Shown one piece after another: positions 21,243 to 30,659 of a stretch of 64,000 nucleotides of DNA. The number at the start of each line of letters is the position of its first letter. Position 1 is the first letter of the stretch. The position numbers and the translations under genes are program-made. The notes under the pieces are model-generated. The model was not told where the DNA came from. It worked only from the letters and a program-made list of their open reading frames with translations, and did not search any database. Source of the DNA: Candidatus Nanopelagicaceae bacterium (GTDB taxonomy: Bacteria; Actinomycetota; Actinomycetes; Nanopelagicales; Nanopelagicaceae); the NCBI GenBank assembly GCA_947461995.1, contig CANHNH010000001.1:14913-78912 (forward strand), written 5' to 3'.

Positions 21243-21790
21243 CTTCGATAACCATTAGATCGAGGGCACAGATGTCCTGTTGGGTCTATCGGCATTCCAC
21301 AGAAAGGGCACGGAGTTCTGCCTGCATTAGCCAAAGAGAGGCAACGTTTAGAAAAAGCTGCCGCTTGTGTTGGTGATACATGAACACGGAGTAAATCAAC
21401 AGACGAATCTTCTTCATCAAAGATCACCTCGTCTTGAGAATCATCATCTGAGCTCGTTATCTCGCGTAATTCGTAAACAATCACTGAATTTTCAACATCC
21501 CACGCCATAGCAATAACTCCGGCACGAAACTCCTCAAAGATTGGTTGTTCTAAGGGGGAATCATCAATTTCCTGGGTTTTTACAATAATAGTTGGATCAG
21601 TCTTTTTAATTTCTCGCAACATTATCTTGGTGCGTTCACCTAGAGCAATCACTTGAGATTTATCAACAACGACAGACACGACCCGAGAACCGGTACGAGC
21701 TTGAATAAAAAAAGTCCGTTCCCCAGGAGCCCCGACAGTACCTGCCACAAAGCGTTCAACAGGATTGAACTCATAAACTATTGGAGTCAT
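21239..21790 (-). CDS. DUF3090-family protein
   Basis: FVAGTVGAPGERTFFIQA...AGRTPCPFCGMPIDPTGHLCPRSNG. Confidence 0.88.
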   Translation of the reverse strand: MTPIVYEFNPVERFVAGTVGAPGERTFFIQARTGSRVVSVVVDKSQVIALGERTKIMLREIKKTDPTIIVKTQEIDDSPLEQPIFEEFRAGVIAMAWDVENSVIVYELREITSSDDDSQDEVIFDEEDSSVDLLRVHVSPTQAAAFSKRCLSLANAGRTPCPFCGMPIDPTGHLCPRSNGYRR

Positions 21791-22461
21791 TTTCGACCTG
21801 CTCCCCCACCAACAAGGGTTTTTCCCGAGCGCTTGCTTTTAGACAGGTGTTCAAAATTCGAAGTTGAGTCATTTAGATGAAGTAACCGAAAATTTCCCTT
21901 GTGGTAATCCAAAACAGAAATGGATGCTGGATCTATCACTATTTTCTGGAACTTGTCTAACTCGAGTTCCAAGGCAGAGGCAATTAAACTTTTAATGACA
22001 TCACCATGACTTACAACTATAACTATTCCATTGCCAGCCTTCTTAATTGATTTTAACAAAGCTTTGTGCGCTCTACTCTGAACTCCAAGTAACGTTTCGC
22101 CATCAGGAAACACCATTTTACTCGGACTCTTTTGAACTATTCGCCACTCTTTCTTTAAAGCCAATGTTGCTAATTTCTTGCCAGTCCACTGGCCATAATC
22201 AACTTCGATGAAACCTTCGTCAACTGTGATGCTTCGCTGAGTAATTCCCCGTGCAATCAGCCATGGTTGTAACGTGGCCTTGCATCTTTCAAGCGGACTA
22301 ATGCTGATGTGCTTGCACTGCAATTTCCCTAAACGCTTATTTAACTGGAGTGCTTGTTTTTTGCCTGACTTGCTCAGAGTTATTCCTGGAGCACGTCCAG
22401 CCAAAACTCCCCTTTCATTGGCTATGGAATGAGCATGGCGGATCAAAATAACTGTGGTCAC
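21787..22461 (-). CDS. Histidine phosphatase family, MSMEG_4193-type putative phosphomutase
   Basis: LIRHA, SPLERC, EVDYGQWTG, SHGDVIK, C-terminal VGGGAG. Confidence 0.88.
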   Translation of the reverse strand: MTTVILIRHAHSIANERGVLAGRAPGITLSKSGKKQALQLNKRLGKLQCKHISISPLERCKATLQPWLIARGITQRSITVDEGFIEVDYGQWTGKKLATLALKKEWRIVQKSPSKMVFPDGETLLGVQSRAHKALLKSIKKAGNGIVIVVSHGDVIKSLIASALELELDKFQKIVIDPASISVLDYHKGNFRLLHLNDSTSNFEHLSKSKRSGKTLVGGGAGRK

Positions 22462-22510
22462 AACCCAAGGTTATCGGGATTTAGGAATACACACTTGCTA
22501 AGGTCTTGCC

Positions 22511-23461
22511 ATGCAATTAAGACGAGCGGGTAAAAGTGGACTCATGCTATCCAGAGTTGGCCTTGGAACAATGACGTGGGGCAGAGATACCGACGAACAC
22601 GAAGCCGCAGATCAATGCCGAGCGTTCCTAGATGCAGGAGGCAATTTCATCGATACCGCTGCAGTCTATGGAGACGGTGATAGCGAACGCGTCATTGGTG
22701 GGCTTATTGGCACTCTCTTCGAACGAAGCACCGTTGTTATTGCATCTAAAGCAGGCTTAAGTTTTCCGGATGGAGTGCGCAAGGTTGATAACTCTCGAAC
22801 CGCTCTGATTGCGCAATTGGATGCGTCCTTGCAAAGACTTAATACAGATTATGTAGATCTGTGGCAGATACATACTTGGGATTCGCATACTCCGTTGGAT
22901 GACACTTTATCTGCCCTTGATTATGCGTACACAAGCGGCAAAGCAAGATATGTTGGAATCTCAAATTTTTCTGGATGGCAAAGCGCCCGTGCAATAACAC
23001 GTCAGGAAGTTATTGCCAATAAAGCTCCGATAACAACTATTCAGAATGAATATTCTTTGCTCAATCGCAGAATTGAAGAAGATCTAATCGATGCAGTTGA
23101 AAACCTTGAAGTTGGATTACTTGCTTGGTCACCGTTGGGACGCGGAGTTCTTACTGGCAAATATAGAAAAGGTATTCCAAGTGATTCAAGAGCTGCTACC
23201 CCACATTTTTCCTCGTTTGTCGAACCTTATTTGTCTGACAAACAATCTCAAGTTGTTGAAGCGGTATGCGTAGCGGCTGAAGGTTTGGGATATTCGCCAT
23301 TGGAAGTAGCACTTGCGTGGGTTAGGGACGCGCCTTCAGTTACAAGCGTAATTCTTGGTGCTCGTACTGGCGCACAATTAAGAGGTGCTTTGTCAAGTGA
23401 AGAAGTTACTCTGCCAGATGTGGTGCGTACAGCGCTTAATGAAATTTCAAGAATTTCTTAA
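22511..23461 (+). CDS. Aldo/keto reductase
   Basis: GLGTMTWG, DTAAVYG, DLWQIH, WSPLGRGVLTGKY. Confidence 0.92.
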   Translation: MQLRRAGKSGLMLSRVGLGTMTWGRDTDEHEAADQCRAFLDAGGNFIDTAAVYGDGDSERVIGGLIGTLFERSTVVIASKAGLSFPDGVRKVDNSRTALIAQLDASLQRLNTDYVDLWQIHTWDSHTPLDDTLSALDYAYTSGKARYVGISNFSGWQSARAITRQEVIANKAPITTIQNEYSLLNRRIEEDLIDAVENLEVGLLAWSPLGRGVLTGKYRKGIPSDSRAATPHFSSFVEPYLSDKQSQVVEAVCVAAEGLGYSPLEVALAWVRDAPSVTSVILGARTGAQLRGALSSEEVTLPDVVRTALNEISRIS

Positions 23462-24775
23462 GAAGCTTTCCAGTACATCTACGCCAAAATTAATGCCCTC
23501 GATTGGAACTCTTTCATCGACTCCGTGAAATAGCGCCATGAAATCTAGATCTGCTGGCAATTTCAATGGCGAAAACCCGTACCCAACGATCCCTAATTCA
23601 CTTAATGCTTTGTTATCGGTTCCGCCACTCATTAAATAAGGAACCGGAATACCTTCAGGATCAAAAGCCAGAATTGCATTAGTCATCGCATCAACCAAAT
23701 TACCTTCAAAATCAACTTCTAAAGCGATGTCGTGTGTAATCGTTTCTAAAACGATATTCGGACCGATAATCTGGCGAATGGTGTCATCTAATTCCTTTTC
23801 AAAACCTGGTAAAAAGCGTCCATCAATGACCGCGTGCGCACTCTGAGGAATGACATTAGCTTTATAACCAGCGTCAAGCATTGTTGGGTTCGCTGTATTC
23901 TGAAGAGTTGCGCCAATCATTCTAGACATTGGTCCAATTTCCTTCAGTAGCGGTTGAAGATCATTTTCATCATATTTATTTCCCGTTACTTCAGCGATTT
24001 TTCTAAATAAAACCTTCACAGTTTTTGTATACCTCTGTGGCCACGTGTGATTGCCAATTGCTGAAACAGCCTCACTCAAACGTGTGAGAGCATTTTCCGG
24101 GTTCATCATGGATCCGTGACCTGCTCGACCATGTGCGGTTAAACGCATCCAATGGATCCCTTTTTGAGCCGTTTCAATGAAATACAAACGCTTACTCCCC
24201 GATAACGTGACGGAGAATCCTCCAACTTCGGAAATCGCTTCGGTGCAATCTTTGAATACGTCCGGATGATTTGCGACCATCCATCGCGAACCGAAGAGCG
24301 AACCAGCTTCTTCGTCCGCAAAGAATGCTAAAACTATGTTTCGTGGAGGTTTGATGCCTTTTCGTGACCACATTCTAAAAATTGCGATAATCATGGCATC
24401 CATATTTTTCATATCAACTGCGCCGCGTCCCCAAATCATTTCGTCTTTTATGACAGCTGAAAAAGGATCTACGCTCCAATCTTCGGCATTTGCAGGCACT
24501 ACATCGAGATGACCATGTACAACCAAACCAGGACGTGTTGTATCCGTACCGTCAATATGCGCAATTACATTGCAACGTCCAGGTGCTGATTCATAAATTT
24601 TTGATTTGATACCTGCTTCTTGTAACAATTCCACAACTTTATTTGCCACGGCTGATTCATCACCTTTGCCATCGCCAAAATTTACGCTAGGAATTTGAAT
24701 AAGTGTTTGGCAAATTGAAATTGCGTCAGAATGCAAATCTTCCCGTTCGGAATCACTCAATTGCATCGAAGTCAT
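23447..24775 (-). CDS. M20/M25/M40-family metallohydrolase
   Basis: HGHLDVVP, GRGAVDMK, DEEAG, GGTD, HGVDER. Confidence 0.92.
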   Translation of the reverse strand: MTSMQLSDSEREDLHSDAISICQTLIQIPSVNFGDGKGDESAVANKVVELLQEAGIKSKIYESAPGRCNVIAHIDGTDTTRPGLVVHGHLDVVPANAEDWSVDPFSAVIKDEMIWGRGAVDMKNMDAMIIAIFRMWSRKGIKPPRNIVLAFFADEEAGSLFGSRWMVANHPDVFKDCTEAISEVGGFSVTLSGSKRLYFIETAQKGIHWMRLTAHGRAGHGSMMNPENALTRLSEAVSAIGNHTWPQRYTKTVKVLFRKIAEVTGNKYDENDLQPLLKEIGPMSRMIGATLQNTANPTMLDAGYKANVIPQSAHAVIDGRFLPGFEKELDDTIRQIIGPNIVLETITHDIALEVDFEGNLVDAMTNAILAFDPEGIPVPYLMSGGTDNKALSELGIVGYGFSPLKLPADLDFMALFHGVDERVPIEGINFGVDVLESFLRNS

Positions 24776-24804
24776 GGCTATATTCTCTCTCAGATACTTC
24801 TTTT

Positions 24805-24833
24805 TTGCTTACCTTTGCCCGCATTGATATCGT
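24805..24833 (+). promoter_or_regulatory. Putative sigma-70 promoter for tRNA-Leu
   Basis: TTGCTT-N17-TATCGT with extended TGn, 13 nt upstream of the tRNA. Confidence 0.55.
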
Positions 24834-24846
24834 TCGGGTCACACTC

Positions 24847-24930
24847 GTCCGGGTGGCGGAATTGGCAGACGCGCTAGCTTGAGGTGTTAGTGCCCGCAAG
24901 GGCTTAGGGGTTCAAGTCCCCTCTCGGACA
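24847..24930 (+). tRNA. tRNA-Leu(GAG), CCA not encoded
   Basis: Acceptor GTCCGGG/CTCGGAC, D-loop GGAATTGGCAGAC, anticodon loop TT-GAG-GT, long variable arm, GTTCAAG T-loop. Confidence 0.96.
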
Positions 24931-24954
24931 CAAAAATATGAAACTATCAGAACC

Positions 24955-25482
24955 GTGAACATAAAAGAGGCCATGGAACTAATCCGTGAAGTGCCTGATT
25001 TTCCTAAACCTGGAATCATGTTTCAAGATATAACTCCCTTGCTATCAAATGCCGAAGCTTTTCACCTGGTAGTCACGCAGATGTCATCAATTGCTCCACA
25101 TTTCGATTGCGTCGCGGGAATGGAAGCGCGCGGATTTATATTTGCTTCTGCCATCGCTAATCAATGCAATAAGGGTTTTATCCCAATTCGTAAATCTGGA
25201 AAACTGCCACACCAAACTTATTCGGAAAATTATGGCTTAGAGTATGGGCAAGACACGCTCGAAATACACAATGACGCATGTGGTCCTGAGCTTAAAGTTT
25301 TGATTGTCGATGATGTTCTCGCAACCGGGGGCACCGCTTGTGCTGCTATTCGATTAATTCAAAAAACGGGAGCAACAATTACTCACATCGTTTTCCTGCT
25401 TGAAATTGTGGCCTTAGATGGCAGGGCGAAAATTCAACGTGCTTTCCCCCATATAAATATTGAATCGATCAAAACAATCTAA
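24955..25482 (+). CDS. apt: Adenine phosphoribosyltransferase
   Basis: PDFPKPGIMFQDITP, EARGF, RKSGKLP, VDDVLATGGT. Confidence 0.96.
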   Translation: MNIKEAMELIREVPDFPKPGIMFQDITPLLSNAEAFHLVVTQMSSIAPHFDCVAGMEARGFIFASAIANQCNKGFIPIRKSGKLPHQTYSENYGLEYGQDTLEIHNDACGPELKVLIVDDVLATGGTACAAIRLIQKTGATITHIVFLLEIVALDGRAKIQRAFPHINIESIKTI

Positions 25483-27359
25483 TGGTCAAAAGTACAACTC
25501 GCAAAATAACCCAAATACAAGGTCTTCGAGCCTTAGCTGCAATTTTGGTGACTTTTTTTCATGCTAAATGGGTAAGCGGTGGATTTATTGGCGTAGACAT
25601 TTTCTATGTCATCAGCGGGTTTCTTATAACTGGTTTGCTTATGCGGGAAATTGACACCACAGGAACGATAAATTTTAAGGAATTCTACTCACGGCGATTT
25701 AGACGTTTGCTACCTACTTCATTTTTTGTACTATCTATAACTGCCATCATCTCTTGGTTGCTCATTCCAGGAACGATGCGTGCTTCACTTGGTCGAGACA
25801 TAATCGCAGCAAGTTTGTATGTTTCTAATTACCTATTTGCTTGGTGGCAAGCAGATTATCAAAACTTAGATGCCACACCTTCACCAGTGATTCACTATTG
25901 GTCACTAGCAGTTGAGGAGCAATTCTATTTAGTTTGGCCTCTATTACTCCTGTTATTTTTCACAATAGCAATCCGATTAAAAAGTCGAAAAATTCTCACT
26001 TATTTAATTTCCTTTGTTACGGCACTTTCATTTATTATCTCAATTTATCAAACCGAAACGACGCCTATTTGGTCTTTCTATTCACTGCCAACTAGAGCTT
26101 GGGAACTTGGTTTGGGAGCTCTTCTGGTACTAATTCCGCCTATTAGAACCAAGAAGTTAGTCGGTTTGCTTGGGTTTGTTTTAATTATGGTTAGTTCTTT
26201 TATTTTCAATGAAACAACAGCATTTCCTGGAATAAATGCACTACTCCCTGTTCTAGGCACTGTGATGCTTATTTCTACAATCTATTCTTGGCCACCTTTC
26301 CTCAATGATGTGGCTAATAGTCGAATTTTTCAATGGTTAGGGAAAATTTCATATCCACTCTATTTATGGCATTGGCCGTTATTAGTTTTACCTAGCACTT
26401 ACCTGGCTCGACCATTGGGGTCACTCGAACGAATAATGGCAATAATTCTTACTATTTATCTTGCTTACTTAACGCATAGATTTATCGAAGAACCATTTCG
26501 CAAAAAAACTACCTCACCTTCACTTGTATTCAAAGCAACAGGGTTAATCACAATTGCATCGGTTCTTATAGGTGTTTCAATTATGCTAACCACTACCGAT
26601 AAAATTGACGTAACCGGAATCAATGGTGCGGTTTCAATCTCTCAAATCAAGGCGCGCCCGATTATTTATGAAGATGGTTGCCACGCTAACTACCCGCAAA
26701 CAATCTCTGGATTATGCGAGTACGGTGATTTGAATTCTACTAAGACGATCATTTTATACGGAGATTCACATGCGGCGCAGTGGTTTCCAGCCCTAAACGA
26801 GATCGCAAAGCGAGCTGGGTACAAATTGATCTCCTTAACAAAATCCGCATGTTCTTCTGTGGACATCATTAGATCCGACCAAGGTGCTTTTAAGATGTCA
26901 CGGTGCAAACAATGGCGGTTAAATTCGATTAAACGAATACAACAGGTTAAACCAGATGTACTTATTATGAGCAGTTTTCAATATTTTGCTCAACCAGCAC
27001 AATTCACAGATCGTAATAAATGGTGGGACGATGGCCAACGCAAGTTACTAAAGGAGGTTAGAAACAGCTCACCGCAATTAATTTACATAACTGACACACC
27101 ACATCCAATGCGGGACATTCCTTCGTGTTTAGCAAATTACTCAATTGCAAAATGTAGTGCCACTTCACGTAGTCAAAACCTATCTATCGCAGGATTCAAA
27201 GTTATAGATCCAAATTCTTGGCTTTGTTCGCAAGTGTGCCCAGCCGTAAAGGATGGTTTGGTTGTATACAGAGATGAATCTCATATCTCCGTAGATATCT
27301 CTCTCGCCTTAATTCCTCAATTATCCCAAGCCCTACGAGACCAGGGTGTAAATCTGTAG
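25482..27359 (+). CDS. OafA/OatA-like O-acyltransferase (AT3 + SGNH domains)
   Basis: GLRALA, GVDIFYVISG, HYWSLAVEEQFY, then GDSHA and DESH. Confidence 0.9.
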   Translation: MVKSTTRKITQIQGLRALAAILVTFFHAKWVSGGFIGVDIFYVISGFLITGLLMREIDTTGTINFKEFYSRRFRRLLPTSFFVLSITAIISWLLIPGTMRASLGRDIIAASLYVSNYLFAWWQADYQNLDATPSPVIHYWSLAVEEQFYLVWPLLLLLFFTIAIRLKSRKILTYLISFVTALSFIISIYQTETTPIWSFYSLPTRAWELGLGALLVLIPPIRTKKLVGLLGFVLIMVSSFIFNETTAFPGINALLPVLGTVMLISTIYSWPPFLNDVANSRIFQWLGKISYPLYLWHWPLLVLPSTYLARPLGSLERIMAIILTIYLAYLTHRFIEEPFRKKTTSPSLVFKATGLITIASVLIGVSIMLTTTDKIDVTGINGAVSISQIKARPIIYEDGCHANYPQTISGLCEYGDLNSTKTIILYGDSHAAQWFPALNEIAKRAGYKLISLTKSACSSVDIIRSDQGAFKMSRCKQWRLNSIKRIQQVKPDVLIMSSFQYFAQPAQFTDRNKWWDDGQRKLLKEVRNSSPQLIYITDTPHPMRDIPSCLANYSIAKCSATSRSQNLSIAGFKVIDPNSWLCSQVCPAVKDGLVVYRDESHISVDISLALIPQLSQALRDQGVNL

Positions 27360-27414
27360 TTCAAGTACTGGTTTAAATCTCGCAAAAATTCCACCACAGT
27401 GGCAAGATGAACCC

Positions 27415-28071
27415 GTGGCCGAACTTATTTATTACTGCGGAACTATGGATAGCGGTAAGTCAACGCTCGCACTGCAGACAGCGCACAATCATCAGAGTCG
27501 AGGCCGGACCGGTTTAATTTTCACTTCACACGATCGAGCAGGATCTGGCGTGATTTCTTCGCGTCTTGGACTACAAAGTCCTGCTATCGAAGTTTCTGGA
27601 AATATGGATCTACATAAATTCGTCGTCGATAAATTATCGCAAGGATTGCGAGTAGATTACATAATTTGTGATGAAGCGCAATTCTATCAACCGAAACAAA
27701 TAGAAGAGTTAGCCAAAATCGTTGATGGATTAGGAATAGATGTTTACGCCTTTGGAATTCTCTCGGACTTTCGAACAAAACTTTTTCCAGGCTCTGCACG
27801 TTTGGTTGAATTGAGCGATCGAGTCAATACGCTACAAGTAGAAGCCCTATGTTGGTGTGGCTCTCGAGCGACGCACAACGCTAGAACAGTTGATGGGACT
27901 ATGGTTACACAAGGTGAGCAAGTTGTCGTTGGCGATGTTTCACCTGATCAAGAAATTGCATATGAAGTGTTATGCCGAAGGCATCATATGCGGGAAGTAA
28001 CGGCTCGATCATCAAAAGCTGCTCACATCTCCACAGAACCACTTCCGTTTACTAACAAAGGAAACATATGA
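27415..28071 (+). CDS. tdk: Thymidine kinase
   Basis: GTMDSGKS, DEAQF, LFPGS, CWCG...LCRRH. Confidence 0.93.
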   Translation: MAELIYYCGTMDSGKSTLALQTAHNHQSRGRTGLIFTSHDRAGSGVISSRLGLQSPAIEVSGNMDLHKFVVDKLSQGLRVDYIICDEAQFYQPKQIEELAKIVDGLGIDVYAFGILSDFRTKLFPGSARLVELSDRVNTLQVEALCWCGSRATHNARTVDGTMVTQGEQVVVGDVSPDQEIAYEVLCRRHHMREVTARSSKAAHISTEPLPFTNKGNI

Positions 28072-29108
28072 AATCTCGCGGACTTGCCGTAGAAAACGCA
28101 ACCTCTCTCTTGAAAACGTTCGAATTTGATCGTCGCAAACTTGGTTCACACGATGTGGGTTTCGATGTGAAGTATGCGGGTATCTGTCATTCTGATATCC
28201 ACACAGCTCGAGGTGAATGGGGAAATGTTCATTATCCATTGGTTCCTGGTCACGAAGTAGCGGGAGTTGTTTCATCTATTGGAACATCAGTTACTAAATT
28301 TTCAGTTGGTGATTTGATTGGAGTAGGAGTATTCGTAGATTCATGTCGCACCTGCGATAACTGTCTAAAGGGACTGCAGCAATATTGCCTAGAAGGCATG
28401 ACTGGAACGTATAACAGCATTGAGCGAGACGGAAAAAGCCAAACTCGCGGCGGCTATTCAAATAAATTCGTTGTAAATGAGGATTACGCAGTCCACATCC
28501 CAAAAAATTTACCTCTGGAAGGAGTTGCACCTTTACTGTGCGCCGGAATTACTTTGTACTCACCTATAAAACATTGGAACGTTGGCCCTAAATCAAAAAT
28601 TGCCGTCATGGGTCTTGGCGGTTTGGGTCATATGGGCGTGAAATTTGCGGTTGCTATGGGAGCTGAAGTTACAGTGTTATCTCATTCGCCCGACAAAGAA
28701 ATTGATGCCAAAAAAATGGGAGCACATCATTTCGTTAGCACAAAAAATCCAGAGGCTTTAATAAAACTAAAAAAATCATTTGACATTATTCTAAATACTG
28801 TTAGCGCTGAACTTGATATCAATGAATACCTGCAATGTTTAAAATTGGATGGAACGCTAGTAGTAATTGGGCTACCTGGGATACCATATTCACTCAGAGG
28901 CGCAGTCATGCTAGATGGCAGACGTTCCTTAACTGGTTCTATGGTTGGAGGCATGGCTGAATTGCAAGAGATGCTCAATTTTTGTGGAGAACACAATATT
29001 GTTAGTGACGTAGAAGTAATATCTGCAGATTATGCAAACACAGCTTACGATCGGACTGTCGCAAGTGATGTTAAATATCGATTTGTTATTGACGCGAGTA
29101 CTTTTTAA
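28068..29108 (+). CDS. NADP-dependent Zn alcohol dehydrogenase (cinnamyl-ADH/AdhC type)
   Basis: GICHSD, GHE, CRTCDNC, GLGGLG, YRFVID. Confidence 0.92.
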   Translation: MKSRGLAVENATSLLKTFEFDRRKLGSHDVGFDVKYAGICHSDIHTARGEWGNVHYPLVPGHEVAGVVSSIGTSVTKFSVGDLIGVGVFVDSCRTCDNCLKGLQQYCLEGMTGTYNSIERDGKSQTRGGYSNKFVVNEDYAVHIPKNLPLEGVAPLLCAGITLYSPIKHWNVGPKSKIAVMGLGGLGHMGVKFAVAMGAEVTVLSHSPDKEIDAKKMGAHHFVSTKNPEALIKLKKSFDIILNTVSAELDINEYLQCLKLDGTLVVIGLPGIPYSLRGAVMLDGRRSLTGSMVGGMAELQEMLNFCGEHNIVSDVEVISADYANTAYDRTVASDVKYRFVIDASTF

Positions 29109-29842
29109 ATCAAAGAAGCATGAAGCGCATAAACAAATACTGGCGCAATAGCTAAAGCTGGTAGTAAATTTCCAACGGCTACTTCTTTTACCCGTAGAAG
29201 GCGCAAACCAATGGATAGCAGGAGTAATCCCCCTACTACTGTCATGGCATCTATTTGATATTGAGCCAAAATATTGCCGAGCAAGAAACCAATTACGGTC
29301 CATATTCCTTGATAAATGCCGACTGGAATAGCTGACGCAGCCACTCCCCAACCTAAAGATGCTGCAAAAGCTATTGCGGCAAAAAAATCGAGAATCGACT
29401 TCAGCGAAAGCTGATCAATTCCAGTCCCCATACCATCACTGATGCTTCCTAAAATGGCAAGAGGACCTATAACGAAGAGCAGGGAGGATGAAACAAAGCC
29501 TTCAACAAATGATCCTTCTTGATTAGCGCCAAACTTACGTCTTAATTTTTCACCAAGTCGTTCTAAGCGATCTTCTAATTTCAACGCTGATCCGATAATT
29601 CCACCAATCAGAAGTGATCCTAGAATGCTAAGTAGTGTCCATCCTTTCGGCAAAGAAGTGGAAAATTCAACACTAAACATGGGAATTATGGCGCTAGCGG
29701 CAGCAAGAATAGTTATCAAACCCAAAACATCTGTAATGAGGTCTCGAGTCTTTGGCGCCAACTTAGAACCAGCTAAGACACCGACAGTGGAGCCAGCGAT
29801 GATTGTTACGATATTTATTAAAGTTCCTAAACCAATGATCAC
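29105..29842 (-). CDS. DUF554-family membrane protein
   Basis: GTLIN, EGFVSSSLLFVIGPLAILGS..DG, KSILD, NLLPAL. Confidence 0.85.
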   Translation of the reverse strand: MIIGLGTLINIVTIIAGSTVGVLAGSKLAPKTRDLITDVLGLITILAAASAIIPMFSVEFSTSLPKGWTLLSILGSLLIGGIIGSALKLEDRLERLGEKLRRKFGANQEGSFVEGFVSSSLLFVIGPLAILGSISDGMGTGIDQLSLKSILDFFAAIAFAASLGWGVAASAIPVGIYQGIWTVIGFLLGNILAQYQIDAMTVVGGLLLLSIGLRLLRVKEVAVGNLLPALAIAPVFVYALHASLI

Positions 29843-29885
29843 TTTAAAAGCCTCATCGGCGAAGTGTATCCCCTACGATTACCCA

Positions 29886-30566
29886 ATGAGTTCTGCAGAG
29901 CCTAAGAACGTTTTATTAGAATTTCTACGTCCGCACAGAACTATTCCACACACAACGTGGGCTGCCCGTCATCGCTGGGATTTATCTGTGCGGCGAACAT
30001 TGATACTTTTTTTTGGCTTATTCATTTTTGGTCTTGGTGACGCACTTCTAGTTCAAAGCGCCACAGGTAACGCTCCGTGGACCGTCTTGGCCCAAGGTGT
30101 TTCAAAAAGGCTTGATATTTCAATTGGTCTGTCAACTTTAGCAATCAGCACTCTTGTACTACTTTTGTGGATTCCCTTGCGCGAAAAACCGGGTTTCGGC
30201 ACAATTTCAAACATAGTTATCATTGCCGGTGCACTCCAAATAGGTATAAATATTTTTCCCATGACCAATAATTATTTGGTTGGAATCGCTATGGACTTTC
30301 TTGGAATAGCTTTGGTTGGAATGGGATCGGCTCTCTACATCACCTGCGCTCTGGGCCCCGGTCCGCGCGACGGACTGATGACCGCATTACACAATCACAC
30401 AGGTGTTCGTGTCGGCAGAGTAAGGCTAGGGATCGAAGCTTCGGTGCTCATTCTCGGAGCATTCCTAGGAGGCACCGTTGGACTCGGAACAGCGCTTTTT
30501 GCCCTATTAATAGGTCAATCTATTGCCATCTCTTTGGGTGTTGTTTCCCGAATTACTTCTCAGTAA
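29886..30566 (+). CDS. YczE/YitT-family membrane protein
   Basis: GNAPWTVL, KPGFGT, LGPGPRDGLM, GGTVGLGT; start reassigned to ATG 29886. Confidence 0.85.
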   Translation: MSSAEPKNVLLEFLRPHRTIPHTTWAARHRWDLSVRRTLILFFGLFIFGLGDALLVQSATGNAPWTVLAQGVSKRLDISIGLSTLAISTLVLLLWIPLREKPGFGTISNIVIIAGALQIGINIFPMTNNYLVGIAMDFLGIALVGMGSALYITCALGPGPRDGLMTALHNHTGVRVGRVRLGIEASVLILGAFLGGTVGLGTALFALLIGQSIAISLGVVSRITSQ

Positions 30567-30582
30567 TCGGTAGCGTTCTCAT

Positions 30583-30659
30583 ATCTTCCTCCGGCCTGCG
30601 AGCCGTGATTTCGCACGGGGTCGCAAACACCCCCGATACCAAAATCAGGAAGGTCGGAT
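30583..30659 (+). promoter_or_regulatory. Structured 5' leader (candidate cis-regulatory RNA) of the NCS2 permease
   Basis: -10 TAGCGT at 30571; hairpin TGCGA-G-CCGTG-loop-CACGG-GG-TCGCA; 5' CTTCCT complementary to the SD AGGAAG. Confidence 0.45.

Noticed and set aside
29625-29885. 87-aa N-terminal extension of the YczE ORF
   Set aside because: Antisense to the DUF554 gene; TACGAT-N6-ATG supports the start at 29886
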